Below, piece after piece: positions 23,110-37,079 of a stretch of 64,000 nt of DNA; position 1 is the first letter of the stretch; each line of letters begins with the position of its first letter. Location of the stretch: contig RHPI01003753.1 of NCBI GenBank assembly GCA_009103225.1, forward strand, positions 1-64,000, read 5' to 3'. Below the pieces are notes generated by a model. It had not been told where the DNA came from. It was given only the letters and a program-made list of their open reading frames with translations, and searched no databases. This DNA is from Chlorokybus atmophyticus (taxonomy: Eukaryota > Plantae > Mesostigma and Chlorokybus algae). The position numbers were made by a program, and so were the translations under genes.

Positions 23110-23550
23110 ACACATCAGCCTCGGACATTGTGAACACATCTTGGGCTGATCACACATCAGCCTCCGACATTGAGAACGTCCTTGGCTGGTCACATCAGCC
23201 TAGGACATCACACACACCGTCCTTGGTTGGTCACATCAGCCTAGGACATAACACTCATGCATACATATGCATACTTATGCGCGCACATGCACACATATGC
23301 GCATGTATGCATACACATGTATACATCTAGTACTTACATCATATGCACGCATATGCACTCATATGCGTACACATGCACATGCATGCAAACATATGCACAC
23401 ACATGCGGACATGTGCATACACATGCACATATACCGACATATAGCTCATGTGCACTCACATGGCCATGTCTCATGGGTACCGACCACTGTATACTGGCAA
23501 GCACTCACATGGCCATGTCTCATGGGTACCGACCACTGTATACTGGCAAG
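23110..23550. repeat. Short tandem repeats: 4 x ~38-42 bp (CACATCAGCCT.GGACAT) and 2 x 50 bp
   Basis: Units at ~23110-23250; duplication GCACTCACATGGCCATGTCTCATGGGTACCGACCACTGTATACTGGCAA at ~23452-23551. Confidence 0.8.
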
Positions 23551-26535
23551 CACACTTTGTGCTTGCTAGTATACAGTACCTTGTGTAGTTCATCTCACTC
23601 TGGGCCTCATAGGCTCAAGAGCAGACCACGTGAGAGCCACCCCACAAGCACTACACATGCTTATGACATGGAAAACGCACTTAGTCTCATCTTACTTAAA
23701 ACATAAGTAAGGAACAGAGAATGACTTAAGCCAGCCTTATAGGCGTGACAGTGGGTGGGTGGGTGGGTGTCCAATTGATGGTCCTTTCTGTTGCGCGCGT
23801 TGGCAGCGTGGCACCCGCCGTCGATACAAAACCCCCCGGAAGAATGAACATCACCGTCACCGTCACCGTCAGCCAGTTTGGCGTCCAAGCGTCGCTGTTG
23901 AAAGAAATCACAGTGATCGACTTGGCGTGAGAGCCATGGCCATACGCTCGTTGCTAGTGCATATCATGTTGCTGTGTATCGCGCACGACTCCGTGTCTCA
24001 CACATGTGTGTCGTGCGTGTGTACACATGTGCGTGCGTGTGCAGCTTAGGAGGGCCATACCTCACTCCCATGCATAACGTGCGCTTTTGTGTTCCCGTCA
24101 CCTTCAACTCGTGCGGGAGACAACACGCCATTGCGTGGGACCTTAACAATGATCACACCTTTAACGATGCCTATGGCGACACACCCCATGGCTTGAAGCC
24201 AGCAGATTGGCCCTGCCTCCTTGCGTGTATCGGATACACGTGCGAGTCAGCAGCCGATCCGCCTGTCCCGTCTCGCCAACCAAACTGTACAGCTTCAACC
24301 TCACAATCTTAAAGCCAAACAGGCCCACAACATATGGCATAGTTGTGCTCCCGGCGAGTGGCAGTAATGTTGCTAGTGTGGGAGAGGAGATTAAAGTGTC
24401 CGTGGGGAAACGCGTGGCAACCTGTCTGCCTTACAACATCACCGTCAACTGTGGCGCAGACAATATGGTGGGGGGGATGCTAAGGCTTCATCTTTGCAGC
24501 ACGTATGGCCAAGAAGTCCTGCTGTGTGTGTGACCTTGTGCTCTTGTTTGTGCGTGCGTGTGTGCAGGGTATCAACCCAGGGTACTGTCGGTACAATACT
24601 CCTGGCGTGAAAGTCATCACGGTCAACATGACGCAGTACGGTGTTTCAACCTCCCGCTATCGCAAAGTCGCCATTGCTGCCTATGTGTGAGTGTGCATGT
24701 TGTCGTCGTTGTCATGGTGGTTGTTATTGTTGTTGTTGACTTACCCCCATGCCGCGTGCAGCATCGGAGGCCGGTACAACGTGCCCCTGTGTGGCAGCAC
24801 CGGTGTTGGAGCTGTGGGTGGATTCGATGAGTGCGGCACTCCCTACATCCTCGCGTGGGACTTTGACAACGACGTGTATGACGACGGGGCCAACATCTGT
24901 CTTCAACGCAGCCATATTGCAGCTCCCTCCAGCGGTGCATCCCATACGCGTGCGAGCCAGCAGCGACACCTGCCCCAACTCTAACCCCATCATCCTCACC
25001 ACCAACATGACCGTCTACTACTACTTCGACACGCTGCCGCCCCCGAGGTTCAACGTCGTGCAAGCTGTTCCAGGAAGTTACAACACTACAAACTCCCCCC
25101 CCTGATGTAGTTATCTATGATACCAACATCTGTGTCGATAAAGTCATGAGTTGCGTCTATAACCACATCCAAGGGATAGGGCATGTATAAAATATCCACA
25201 AACATGTTGATAATGTAGATGTAATTATGGACGTGTGACCGAACACAGCTTGATGTTGGACCCTATGACCCATGCAACATTATAGATGTAAATCCGGGTT
25301 GCTGAATTTACATTGGTTTTATCAATAAGATCATAGGTATTTTATGGATGCCTCTCACACCACGAGACAGGCAGCCCGTATTCACATCTACTTTATAGAC
25401 ATAAAAATAGGCTGCCGATATCAACATTGATATTGTCTCTATGGAACCAACATCTTACGACCTCATCACCATCAGAACCGCAACCGCAAGGCTTGGAGTT
25501 GCGTAGCTGTAGTTTTGTGCTGTATACTAGCCCTTGTGGATAGATCTAATAGAACCGGATTCTGGATTGTATACGCATGTCCAATCGCATCCTATATATC
25601 ACTATATACCGCTGCATTACCCATGCATATGTTGATAATGTCAATTACTTTCACTATATAATAATAATGCAAAATTGCATGCTGGCTACTATGCCCATAT
25701 AAATCTTGATAATGTCGCAAACAATATCTACAATACCCATCCGCATGCGAGGAAGAATGACTGTATATCACCGTGAGCAGAATATACAATATAGATGTAC
25801 AAAGCATTATGGTAGACACTTATAGCTATATTGTAGGCGACACTTTCGGACATGTGTCATGATTTTATCAAGATTTACGTGGAAAACATTCTGGATATTG
25901 TATATGTTAATATCAATTTTGTAGCATTGTTGATGGATTAGTTTTCACGGGTAAACTTCTGTGGCGGCTCCGCAAAATAGATACTAACCTTGATATAAAC
26001 CGTATGCATATGAATTTTGCAGTCATCTACAATCCTAGGGGCAGTTTGTAGTGCAATGGGGTAGCTGCTGTTGGAGAGGACTTTACGATTCGCGTTTTGG
26101 ATGAGAAAATCAAGTGCCTCCCTTTCAACCTTACCATCGACTGCGGGCCAGACCATGTGGTGAGTACATGTTGGAATGTGTTCATCTGTGCCACCGTATC
26201 TATCTGCTTGCAGATTGGTTGATTAGTGTTTGTGACAGGGTAACAAGATAGGCCTTTGCCAGTATGCCACTAGCGGGGACAAGCGCATCATAGTAACACT
26301 CTCGCAGAGCGGCTTTGTTGTGTCGAGCAGCATCAGCGTAACTGTGGTCAACACCAAGCCGGCATGCATAACGCAAGCGTCTGATTGCGTTGTGTACACA
26401 CGCTGCGCGTGCATGTACACAACAACTCTGTCAACATGTGTGGCACAGGGCGGCGTTCCCTTAGGGAAGAGTGCTCGGGAAGGGGGGCTGTACCGTGTCT
26501 GACTTGGGGAGACTTCTAGCGTGTAAATCCCCCCC

Positions 26536-26632
26536 NNNNNNNNNNNNNNNNNNNNNNNNNNNNNNNNNNNNNNNNNNNNNNNNNNNNNNNNNNNNNNNNN
26601 NNNNNNNNNNNNNNNNNNNNNNNNNNNNNNNN
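26536..26632. other. Assembly gap (N run) flanked by poly-C
   Basis: N bases. Confidence 0.99.
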
Positions 26633-27359
26633 ACCCCCCCCCCCCCCCCCCCCAACAACATCAAGTCTTACACCAAGCTCTCCAATGCATTCGCAAGCAG
26701 AGCGAGTGAGGACGCACGGGTATCATCATCTCATGGTTATCGTACAGCTATGCACAACACATAACAAAATGCAGCGCCCATGCATGATCCACTAAGTATA
26801 CGCGCAGCTCATTGAGCACATGCATGGCAACCGTACAGTCGCCCAGGCCCTGGCCGGCAGGTTTCATTTCCCCCGTCCTCCGGTATGATTCCTGTTGCAC
26901 ATTTGCTGGCATGTGTACGTGCATGCGTTCATGCGCGGGTGTTTGAAGTGTGGTACTTCAAGTGAGCTTCTGCTTCTATCAGCTCCCTCTGCACGTTATC
27001 CAATAACCGTTGTTTCATACTTGCAGGTTGACACTTTGGCAAGCCAGGCTACTACAGCTTTGCTCAATGCGCAAATGGTGTACTACGCTCAGATAAGGTT
27101 TGTCGTATTTGCATGGCATGAGATCTTTGACACCATCACATTGGTCGTTGATTGTAGTGCACACTGCGTATGAACAGCTAAAAACTGTCATGCATTGCCA
27201 GTGTCCTCTTGCAGTCAAGCTCGACTTCCGCAATGCCCTACACAACACCACCGCATGTAAGTGGATTGACGGTGTGGTCATATCTCACACTCACTCTTTA
27301 TGTGACTACATGTATCTGACTACCTTGTGTGTGTTCACGTGCAGTGAACACACACAAGG

Positions 27360-30352
27360 TAGTCAGATACATGAAGGGATCACAAACAAGTTTGCTCGCC
27401 AAAACCGATTCCACTGCCCCTTGACATACTGCTGAGTCTGGCAGAAGGTGGCAACACCAACAACATAAAGCGTTACAGACAATCTGTAACAGGATGTAAC
27501 GTTAGAAACATCAAAGGCCCACGATGGTGTGCCCACATGACAATGGTTGAAGGCAGCAACAGCAGAGCTTCCAGCATGCAAGTCAGCGGTCTATCACAGC
27601 AGTTTGCAGCCTTGCACCTCGACCACCCTCTCAGCGGTGCGCGCGCGCGTGCACGTGTGCGTCACTGCTGCTTACCCATAAACAGGCGCCAGCAGTTGGC
27701 GAACAGACACCGCACACAAGCCCGCACTTGACTTTCGCAATGTGTCCCTGTCCCTGCCCCAATCCTGCGCTCTCGCCGCTGTGTGGAGCGAGTGTGACTG
27801 CTGCGTCTCCTCCTCACCTCACGGCAGAGTGGCAGACATGGGGCCGTGTTCCCTCTCCCCATCTATCTGAACTCCCGATAGCGTTTGCAAGCAAGGCAGC
27901 AAGCCTGTTGGTTACATGGTCCTTGAACAACCATGCAACGCATTGCATACATGTGACTCCCAGGCTGCGAGTTGTGCTTGACGGGTTGAGCACCTTGTCT
28001 GTCCATTCACCAGCCAAGTTTGCCGCATTGGGGATGCCGGTGCAACCACGAGGCGCTGAATACACAACTTCTATGTACAAGTCTACTGCAAAAACTATTG
28101 CAATGCAGTATCAGCAAGTCCGTTTATTACAGCGCTGCACTCAAGCGCGTAAGCACCTACAGTGTCACCTTTGTTGAGCAAGCCAGTATGTGCTGGAACA
28201 GAGTATTGAACACTATAAGCGTGCCTGTTGGGGTTATAAGTACATAACTACAAGTGCGCAACAGCTACACCAACATGTCAGCCTACACATCAATGCCGTG
28301 ACCCCAAGAGTCGTCGTCGCTCTCCTCACTATCGTGCTTCTAGTCGAATAGCCTGAGCTATCCATGGTAAGGCTCCTATCATCCCTGGGGTCATCAGGGT
28401 CAAAATCAGAACCAATCCAACCACGGTCCTCACCCTCGACCTCATCGCTATCAATGTGCGGGTCGTCCTCCTCCTCCTCGTTTTCAAGTTTGTTGGGTGA
28501 CTCGCTGCTTGCAGCAACAGTCGTGAACAAGACATCACTGCGATCATTGTCTTCTGCACGCTTGGAATTGATGAGGACTGAAGCATTTGCTGAAGTGCGC
28601 AGCTCCGGATTTGGCATGTTAATACTTGCTTGAGCCTGCTGCAAGCCTGCACGAGCGTAACGTTGCAATGAAGTGCAAGACAATTTCAAGATACATACCA
28701 ACATACCGGTGTAAGTCGACCCTCTCCTAGGCTGAGGATGATAAACAGGGTAATGCATGCGCAGTGGCGTCTTATTCGGAGGCGCCGGGGCTGACGGAGG
28801 CATGATGGTTGCCAGCGGGTAGTCACAGACCACAGGGTACTTATCCTGCAGTCTGTGCGCCCTCTCCGGCAACTGGCCGTACAACGAGCACCTGTCACGA
28901 GTTAAATCTATATATACTGTTTACATAAGTGTGCACACGCACAAGGCATCACCACACACATGTAGCAGACACGCGCATGCGCAAACAAGCGCCTACCACC
29001 TCAGCCTCCTCCTATTCATATACCAATCATGTACGGCATTGCACCGCAAACACAAGCCAGCGCATTGCAGAAGTCTGTCTGGATATGTATATATGCATTG
29101 TCAGATCTGTCCCAATAGGCTGTCAAGTCCAGGCGGGCGCGGCGCATGCTCTCGGAAGCAATGTTTCTGAAGAGAGTGCAGGCGGCTGCAGCATTGGCCA
29201 AACTGCGTGCATCAAGCAGAGAGAAAATCTGCAAGGCATGAGACAGTGAGCTTCACACTCCTGCGCTGAATGGCATCAAGACAGCAAGCTGAACCTACAA
29301 CTGTGCGCGTGTACTGTGAAGTAGCATAAACGCATTGGGTTGGAACTTACACCCGACCCAAACTCTTGTCACCTGTGCGCCAAGGTCCGGGGTGAGAGGC
29401 CATGCCACTGAGTTGTGTTTCTCCCTTGCTAGCTGCCAACAAGGCACAGCTGCTCTCCGAGGTTCAGGAGCCTGCAGCAAGCAAGGCAGACTCAGCCACT
29501 AACACTTGATGACAGGCATAATATCCCTATCCCAAAGCCTTCAATGCCAAACATAGATGTCATCTAGTGATAAAGAATGGCCAATGCACTCCGTCGTTAT
29601 ACCCACCGCTCATGCAGCAGCACATCCTCATTGTCCACCACACCAGCTTGAGAGCTTCCCCGCTCGTTACACTAGGGAGCCTCAAGGATTTGAGCCTCTG
29701 TTGACAAGTGACAGTGAGAACCAACAGCGCCATGCCAACATGCATGCGCGCACGCACATGTACAGACACCCAAACATGCGCATGCGTGCACACGTGCGCA
29801 CGCACAAACCATGCACGCGCAAGCGCAACGCACTTGCACCCACACACGCACATGCGTGCACGCGCACAACTGCTGTTCTGGCAGGCAAGCTTGGTCAACA
29901 CAACCTCATGGATTGCAGCAATTACACGCGACATGTTGATGGCATCGGTTTCCAACCACCGCATTCTTGACGCCTTGAGTCCTTCTTCTCTCCGTGACTG
30001 CCCGTGCAGAAAGTCAACTCAGACACACACACACCCCAGGCACGACGGCTCATCAAGCGCTCGCAGGCTTGCTTTTTCACACAACTGCAAGCCTCAATGC
30101 TGCGAGAGCAACTCAGCAAATGACCGTAGCAACACCAGCGTTGAGCACAACGCTATGAGCTCGGCAACAGCAGCAGCTCACGTATGCAGTGCGGTAGCTG
30201 CACGCTGGCTTTTGCATGGGAGGAGCGCTGGAGTGTGGGGCGGCACCGCCACCGCGCGCAGGGGCCCAGGCGGCGGTAGCGTTGGTAGCGAGCGAGCGAC
30301 TCGCCGCTGCTGCCCCAAACCTCCTGCTCCTCACATGCCGATAGCGCTTCAT
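27360..30352 (-). CDS. F-box protein, multi-exon; boundaries uncertain
   Basis: F-box-like QIFSLLDARSLANAAAACTLFRNIA at ~29234-29160; further coding-like exons at 28234-28884 and 27814-28080. Divergent from UTP12. Confidence 0.55.
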
Positions 30353-30593
30353 GCTAGTAGTAGTAGCCTGAGCTTGGCTCTGGCCTCTGCTCTTGCTTGC
30401 AGCGAGTGTCTCGGCCCTCGTGCTTCCTGAGTCATGAAACGTTGTTCATCATGAAACGGCTATTTTACGCTGGACTCACCGCTTTGCTATGGCGCATGCA
30501 TTCCTTTATCGCGGGTAGACTGCACCGGCGGCGGCTGGTGGCGGCGGGGGCGCAGGGGCGGCGGCGGTGTCCTTTCCCGCTGCCGCTGCCGCC

Positions 30594-33500
30594 ATGGTGA
30601 AGGCCTACCTGCGTTACGAGGCCGGGGAGGCGTGGGGGGTGCTGGCGTCCCCCTCCGCGCCCCTCACGTACGACCCCACCGGCAAGCTGCTCGTCACGGG
30701 CGGACTGGAGAACGCACTGGTCTGGAACGTCAAGCTAGCCACAGTGGTGAGTGAATGAGAGTGAATGTGAAGCTGACAGCTGTCTCAGAAACACCTGATT
30801 TGTAAGAGTTGGCGTTGATGGTGTGGTGTGCATGCAGATCCGCACCCTGACGCCGTTGACGGCGGGTGCTTCCTCGGCGACAGGCGCACCGGTGGCGGAG
30901 GTGACGGCCATGACGCATGCGCCTGCGGGCACGCAGGTCGCCATAGGCTACTCGGATGGAACGGTGAGGAGCATGCACTTTTCATGGTTGCATGCATGTC
31001 TTGTTATCACAGATTGCGCCAAATTGTGAACCTTTGCCTGTGCTTGCAGCTGTGTGTGTGTATTGACTGACTCATTGCCTCACACAGGTTAGGGTATGGG
31101 ACACAGTGAAGGGCTCGTGTGATGTTGTGCTGACCGGCCACAAGAAAGCCGTCACCGCGCTGAGGTGCATTTCTCTTCTGCATTGCACACAAGCAGCATG
31201 AATTATACAAACGCAATCAACACAACAACAACACTACGTCAGGTACAATGCGAGTGGTGCTATCCTTGCCTCTGGCGGCTCCGACACGCGTGTCGTGTTG
31301 TGGGACGTTGCGGGCGAGCAGGGCCTCGCGCGCCTGCAGGGACACAAGGACCAAATCACCGACCTGGCGTTCCTGCACAGCGACGAGGATAGAAGCAACT
31401 CCACGCGCCTCATCTCATCGTCTAAAGACTCGCAGCTCAAGGTGTAACTGGTGTTGGTTATTTCATGCTCACTAACCCGTGTTGTGTATTTTGCCCGTCC
31501 AGCAGTATGTTTGCCAACCAAATATGCTGTACTGCGTGCACGGGTGGGTGGGTAGGTCATAGGATAGTTGTGCATGTGCATGTCCGTGCGGGTTCGTGTG
31601 TGTGTGTATGTGTATGACTTTCATGATCTGTCTGTGTTATTGTCATTCTTGGCTCTTGGAGGCTGCGTACAGAGGCATGCAGCGTTGCAGGTCTGGGACT
31701 TAAATACGTACCACTGCATCCAAACGGTAGTTGGACATCGCGGCGAGGTGTGGTCTCTCGATGTCGATCCCGCCGAGCGCCGAGTGCTAACTGGATCAGT
31801 TGACCCAGATTTGCGCGCCTTCTCCATCGATCGCGACAGCGAGGGCGAAGCCAACGTGGATGAAAACAACCTCCTTCAGCCTTTTGGAGAAATCAGACGC
31901 CAGAACACCACTGATAGAGTCTCAGCCGTGCGTTACTCGCGTGACGGGAGTTATGTTGGGTGTCAAGCGGCGGGAAAGACGCTCGAGTTGTATCGAGTTC
32001 GGTCCAAAGATGAGATTCTGCGCAAGGCTAAACGGCGTAAGCGTAGAAAGCGCGAGAAGGGCAAGAAGGGGGGTGAGGGAGATGAGGTGGACAAGGAGGA
32101 GGACGATGAGCCGGGAGTGTCTGCTGCAGATGAACTGGAGCTTCTCACGGTCATCAGGTGTGATAGTGGGTTTGATTGATATGTGAGAATGGCCGCAGAT
32201 TTTGTGCGACACGATTGATGTTAATAACACATAAGCACTCATTCGCTTGCTGGGGCATGAGCGCCGATGATGTTCATATCAGGACCAAGACCAAAGTGAG
32301 GTCGTTCTCCTTCTGTCCCTCCCCGAGTCGTAAAGGCGCGGTGTTGGAGGTGGCGCTCGCGCTGCACAACAACTCGCTGGAGGTGTGGGCGGTCAGGAGC
32401 GGCGCCAAGGAGGCGGAGAAAGTTCAGACGTTGGATCAACAGGGCCACCGCACCGACGTACGTGCCGTCGTCCTTAGCAGCGATGACAGCTTGCTTGTGT
32501 CCCTCAGCCACTCAGCTGTGAAGGTAGTATATCAGTTCATTGTGCAGCAGTGGCTCATTTGTCCCTCTGAAGTTCAAGTCGTTATGCTTACAACCATTGG
32601 TCTTGCTCAGGTGTGGAACCCTCAAACAACAGCTTGCTTGAGGTCAATGGACTCTGGTTACGGGTTGTGCGGGACATTTGTGCCCGGCGACAAGCACGTT
32701 GTTGTAGGAACACGTGAGGGTTCGCTTGAAGTGTACGACGTGGGTGCGGGCGAGCAGCTGGCGAAGCTCCCCGCTCATTCGGGTGCGGTGTGGGGTATCG
32801 CTCCGTTACCAGACGGGAGCGGGTTGATATCCGGCAGCGCCGATAAGGACGTCAAGTTCTGGGAGTACGAGTTGTTACACGACGAGGCCACGCGAGTAAA
32901 GAGACTCGGTCTGCGTCATGTGAGGACGTTGACCATGTCTGAAGACGTGCTGAGCGTGCGCGTGAGTCCGGATGGGAAGCTCATGGCCGTGGCGCTGTTG
33001 GACGCCACGATCAAGGTGTTTTTCACGGACTCGCTCAAGTTCTTCCTGTCGCTGTATGGACACAAGCTGCCAGTGCTTTGCATGGACATCTCGTCCGATG
33101 GCCAGCTATTAGCCACAGGCTCGGCTGACAAGAACGTCAAGATATGGGGACTGGACTTTGGGGACTGCCACAAGAGCCTCTTCGCGCACAACGATAGCGT
33201 CATGCAGGCAAGAGTCATGTTGCCATTGTATGTGACGTTGCAAGTTGATGGCATGCTGCTCATTAATTATCGTGTATTGTGTTGTTTAGTATCTTGTATC
33301 TTGTATTGTGCCATTGGTAGCATATCTGCATCAAATATTTCAATTTCAGCGCTGCTTCGCTCGAACATTGTTTGAGCGCACCGCAAGTGTCAGAGCGTGT
33401 GCTTATGTTGGTGCAATGCAGGTGAAATTCGTGCGCAACACGCACTACATGTTCACGGTCGGCAAGGACAAGATGGTCAAGTACTGGGACGCCGACAAGT

Positions 33501-34641
33501 TCGAGCTGTTGTTGACTCTGCCCGGCCACCACGCGGAGGTGTGGGCGCTGGCAATCAGCTACAACGGGGACTTCATCGTCACGGGCTCGCATGATAGATC
33601 CATACGGCGTTGGGACCGAACAGAAGAACCTTTCTTCGTTGAAGAGGAGAGGGAGAAAAGACTGGAAACCCTCTTTGAAGAAGGCATCGAAGACGATAGG
33701 GGTGAGTTGAGAGTTCTTGTGTAGTGTGTGTAGTGCTTTGCTGATTATGTTGGGTTTCGTGTGTTCAGGTGTGGCTGCGAGGGTGGAAGGAGGCGAGGTT
33801 GTGATCGCTGGTCAGCGCACGCGCGGGACGGTGACGGCCGCGGACAGCATTATTGAGGCTCTGGAGTTGGTGACGGCGGAGCGCAAGCGCCAGGAGGACT
33901 ACATCAAGGACTCCGTCAACAGGAGGCTCGCACCCTTACCGCCTAACCCGCTGCTGCTCGGCCTGTCCCCGTCGCAGTACGTGCTCAAAGTGGTCGCTGG
34001 CGTGCGCTCATCGGACCTTGAACAAGCACTGCTGGTGAGAAGACGTGTTGCTGGTTTACTCGCTCACAGAACCACAAAACGTCATCATGCATGTCGTGGC
34101 ATCCAGAGTGGTGTGCGCCTGCATGTATGCATATGTGCGCGCACGAACATGTGTGCGTGGTTATATGTGCGTGTTGCATTGTCCCGTTGGACCATATGTC
34201 AATTACATTGTCTCCGAATGCCAGGTGTTGCCGTTTACTGTGGCGCTGGAGCTGTTGAAGTACTTAGCGCAGTGGGCGAGTGCTGGCGACAGCGTGGAGT
34301 TGGTGTGTCGGGTGTCCTCGCTGCTGCTTCGTCTGCACCACGCGCAGCTGTCCACCACGCCGGCGGCCCGTCAGGCTCTGTCTGACCTGCACGCCTCGCT
34401 TAGGCCCGCCGTCGCGAAGCTCAAAGACACGCTCGGGTTCAACCTCGCCGCCATCAACCACATGCAGCGGCTCCTGGCGGCACGCTCTCTCACTATGTTT
34501 GGGGATGCCGCCGACAGGGTCAAAGCCATCCGGCAAAAGGCGGCTAAGAGCAAAGGTCCACCCGTTGTGGATGCGTTGGCGAAGGTCAAGGCAAAGAAAA
34601 AGAGGAAACAGGCTGCTGCAGCTGCTGAGGAGGCCTTGTAG
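30594..34641 (+). CDS. UTP12: U3 snoRNA-associated WD40 protein UTP12/DIP2 (WDR3)
   Basis: MVKAYLRYE start; SLYGHKLPVLCMDISSDGQLLATGSADKNVKIWGLDFGDCHKSLFAH; VGKDKMVKYWDADKFE; GSHDRSIRRW; C-terminal Utp12 domain DTLGFNLAA. Confidence 0.97.
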
Positions 34642-35328
34642 TGAAGAAGTTGCTTTGATTTGTGGTTGGTGTGCTGCAGTATTTGTGGTTCCAACACATG
34701 GCCCTGCGCAGTTGATTGGACTGCTCTTGAAAGTCACTATGAATGCAAGGCAATGAGTCCAGCTGACAATCATGGCAGAGCCTCCATCGCTTTGTGCTTG
34801 CGCAACCATGAGATTGACTCCTATTCTGTAGACATGAGCATTAAGACAAGACAAGACAAGACAGCCAGTGAGAGAAACCTATAATATGCAATGCAACAGT
34901 CACAACAAGCATTCAAACTCGTACGCAAGCGCGAACTAGCATGCACAGGATGCATGCGCTCATGGTGATGTGTGCACTTACTGTTAACGGCACACAGCAC
35001 ACCAGCGGAGTAAGTTCAGCAGGAAGTGAGCATACTGTAGACCGTGACAAGGGTATGAGGGTATACATGGCTAGAACATGAGCTGGGGCAATCAGATTGC
35101 TCAACAGGCAGAGCTAGTTGCGCAAGAGCGCAGAAACAGCGAGTCCTATACAAATACTTCTATAGCTGCATGCTAACCTCGGTAACTATTCCAGTTAGTA
35201 CTGATGTATACAAGGTCGAGATTATCTGATGTTGCAAATCATCCATGAGTCTGCTCTCACATCCGTAGCTGCAGTAAGAGCTTACAAAAGTCGCCGCGCC
35301 ACTCGCATACCATTCCTGAATGCATGCA

Positions 35329-36369
35329 CTAAGCAGCACTCTGCTTGTAAAACTTGGTGTCCAGCACCTTCCTCCCGCAGATTGCACATATACCTGCAAG
35401 GGGAGACACATGCATACAATCAATGCGTCTATAACAAAAACAACATCACCAGTGATAGAGGTGTGGGTGGCGTACCGAGTTTGTATGAGCAGTTGTGGCA
35501 GTAGACTCCTGCTGTCTGATGGACCGGTGACTTGCATATGCGGCACTTGCCGGTCGCGGTGGAGGTGGAGGACACACCTTTGCTTTTACTGGCTGCGCTC
35601 AGCAGCTTGTTCTCACCCACTTTGCGCCCGCCGCTCTCGAGCGTGTTGCTTGCACCCGCCTTCCACTTGTCCGGCACGATCACCTTACCGAGCTTCTTCT
35701 CACCTGCAAAAAAACAAAGGGGGTCCACAAACACAATATCAGGCTGAAGATAAGTGCATTTGTGTGTCTAGACAGAAAACGACACACAAGCAAAACACTC
35801 CACAATTAATCAGATCAGCATGCGGAAGCAAATACATATACGCAAACGCAAACGCACACGTGTAAAACAACTTGCGGGTTGTCGGTGGCACTAAGAAGGG
35901 AAGCCAAACAACAGTGACAAGAAAGAGTGCAAGCAAGTCCAAAACTCAATCCAAACCCATGCCCGCTCAAGGCCAATGTACAGCATAGCTGCAAGAGACT
36001 ACGCATAGCTGCTGATCATGACCAGCAGCTATATGTGATGCACCATTCTAGGCTTTCGGTGGGTTGTGTTCGTGTTTTGTCTCTGATCAAGTGACCCTGG
36101 CGTTGTCGGCGACAACTTATCACTTATTCTCACGTGACATTACCACATTAAGGAGTCCAATTGTAGTCCACCCAACACATCAGCGCAATCACCATACAAA
36201 CAGACAAACAAAAGGAGCAGTGCACAGATCAAGCATGCTTGATCTGTGCGCTCACTGTGTACAACGTTGTAATGGTTGTTTTGGTTGTGGTTATCAAGAA
36301 CAAATCAAAATGGAAGCAACTGTAATCAGTGCAAAATTGTAAAACACACTTACACTTTTCGCAGACCAT
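35329..36369 (-). CDS. CRIPT: Cysteine-rich PDZ-binding protein CRIPT (exons 36369-36354, 35703-35476, 35393-35329)
   Basis: Spliced product MVCEKCEKKLGKVIVPDKWKAGA...GENKLLS...CRICKSPVHQ..GVYCHNCSYKLGICAICGRKVLDTKFYKQSAA*, with canonical GT-AG at each junction. Confidence 0.95.
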
Positions 36370-36476
36370 CCGCTCCGCTCGTCCTCCGCTCCGCTCCGCT
36401 CAGCCCTCCAGTCCAGCTAAGCCCAAAGACCCTCGCCTGCACTAGGGAGGTTTTCAGGGACTACAACCCTACAGAT

Positions 36477-36485
36477 AAACCCTAA
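36477..36485 (+). promoter_or_regulatory. Telo-box (AAACCCTAA) upstream of CRIPT
   Basis: Exact motif ~110 bp from the CRIPT ATG; function inferred from plant telo-boxes. Confidence 0.4.
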
Positions 36486-36609
36486 CGGCGCACAACAAGC
36501 ACGACGCCGACTACGCCACCGCCGGCGACGCCGCCGATGACGGCTGAGTTCGAACACAGAGCGTATCTTGGTACGCAGCGTCGCTTCCGGAAGATATTCC
36601 TGGAAGCTA

Positions 36610-37079
36610 CAGTCTACCCCCGCTAAGAGACTTCCTTTCAAGGGAATAGCCCCGCTAATAGCATAGAATATGAGATTACCAAACGTTTTACAGGCAAATG
36701 TTGGTGCTTAAGAGAATATGCTTAACCGCGAAAAGCATATGTTTATGTCATGTAATTCTTGCAAGTTTTAGTGAGCGATATTCCAAGGTTGGGGGAGTAG
36801 TGCGTGACGAGTGTGGCATAACGCGTGACGCGCGTGATGAAAATGACGTGATGGTTGAGGTGTGACGCGCAACTGACGTGACGAGCGTGATGACGCAACG
36901 GGCGTGGCATTATACACTTGACGCAATGGGCGTGATGGGCGTGATGAAACCGCGCTTAAAGCATATTTATGCTCTTGACATCCAAGAGCATGTTATTCTC
37001 TTAAACGCCAAGAACATAACCTCGCCAAGAGCATACGATTGCAAGGGACAAACAGTATGCGCTTAGCGAAGGTAGACTG
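36610..37079. mobile_element. 470-bp MITE of the same family as 5345-5517, TA TSD
   Basis: TA|CAGTCTACCCCCGCTAAGAG ... GCGCTTAGCGAAGGTAGACTG|TA. Shares internal GAGATTACCAAACGT and CGCCAAGAGCATA..AAACAGTATGC with the 173-bp copy. Confidence 0.9.

Larger units (their letters stand above)
21680..26350 (+). pseudogene. Intron-containing gene of repeated Cys-containing PKD/Ig-like modules, decayed
   Basis: At least 4 related modules with motifs V.SVGE.I.V, C.PYNI.V.CG, G.CRY...G.K.ITV, GPY.V..CG and LAWD..ND..(Y/F)DD. TAG at 22350 with an adjacent frameshift, and TAG at 26049. Confidence 0.65.

Noticed and set aside
2170-26350. Possible TAA/TAG-to-Gln genetic code explaining the many in-frame stops
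   Set aside because: CRIPT ends on TAG at the expected position, the OB-fold and WDR54-like genes end on TAA, and conserved UTP12 exons show no internal TAR codons. TGA stops and frameshifts also occur in the decayed genes.
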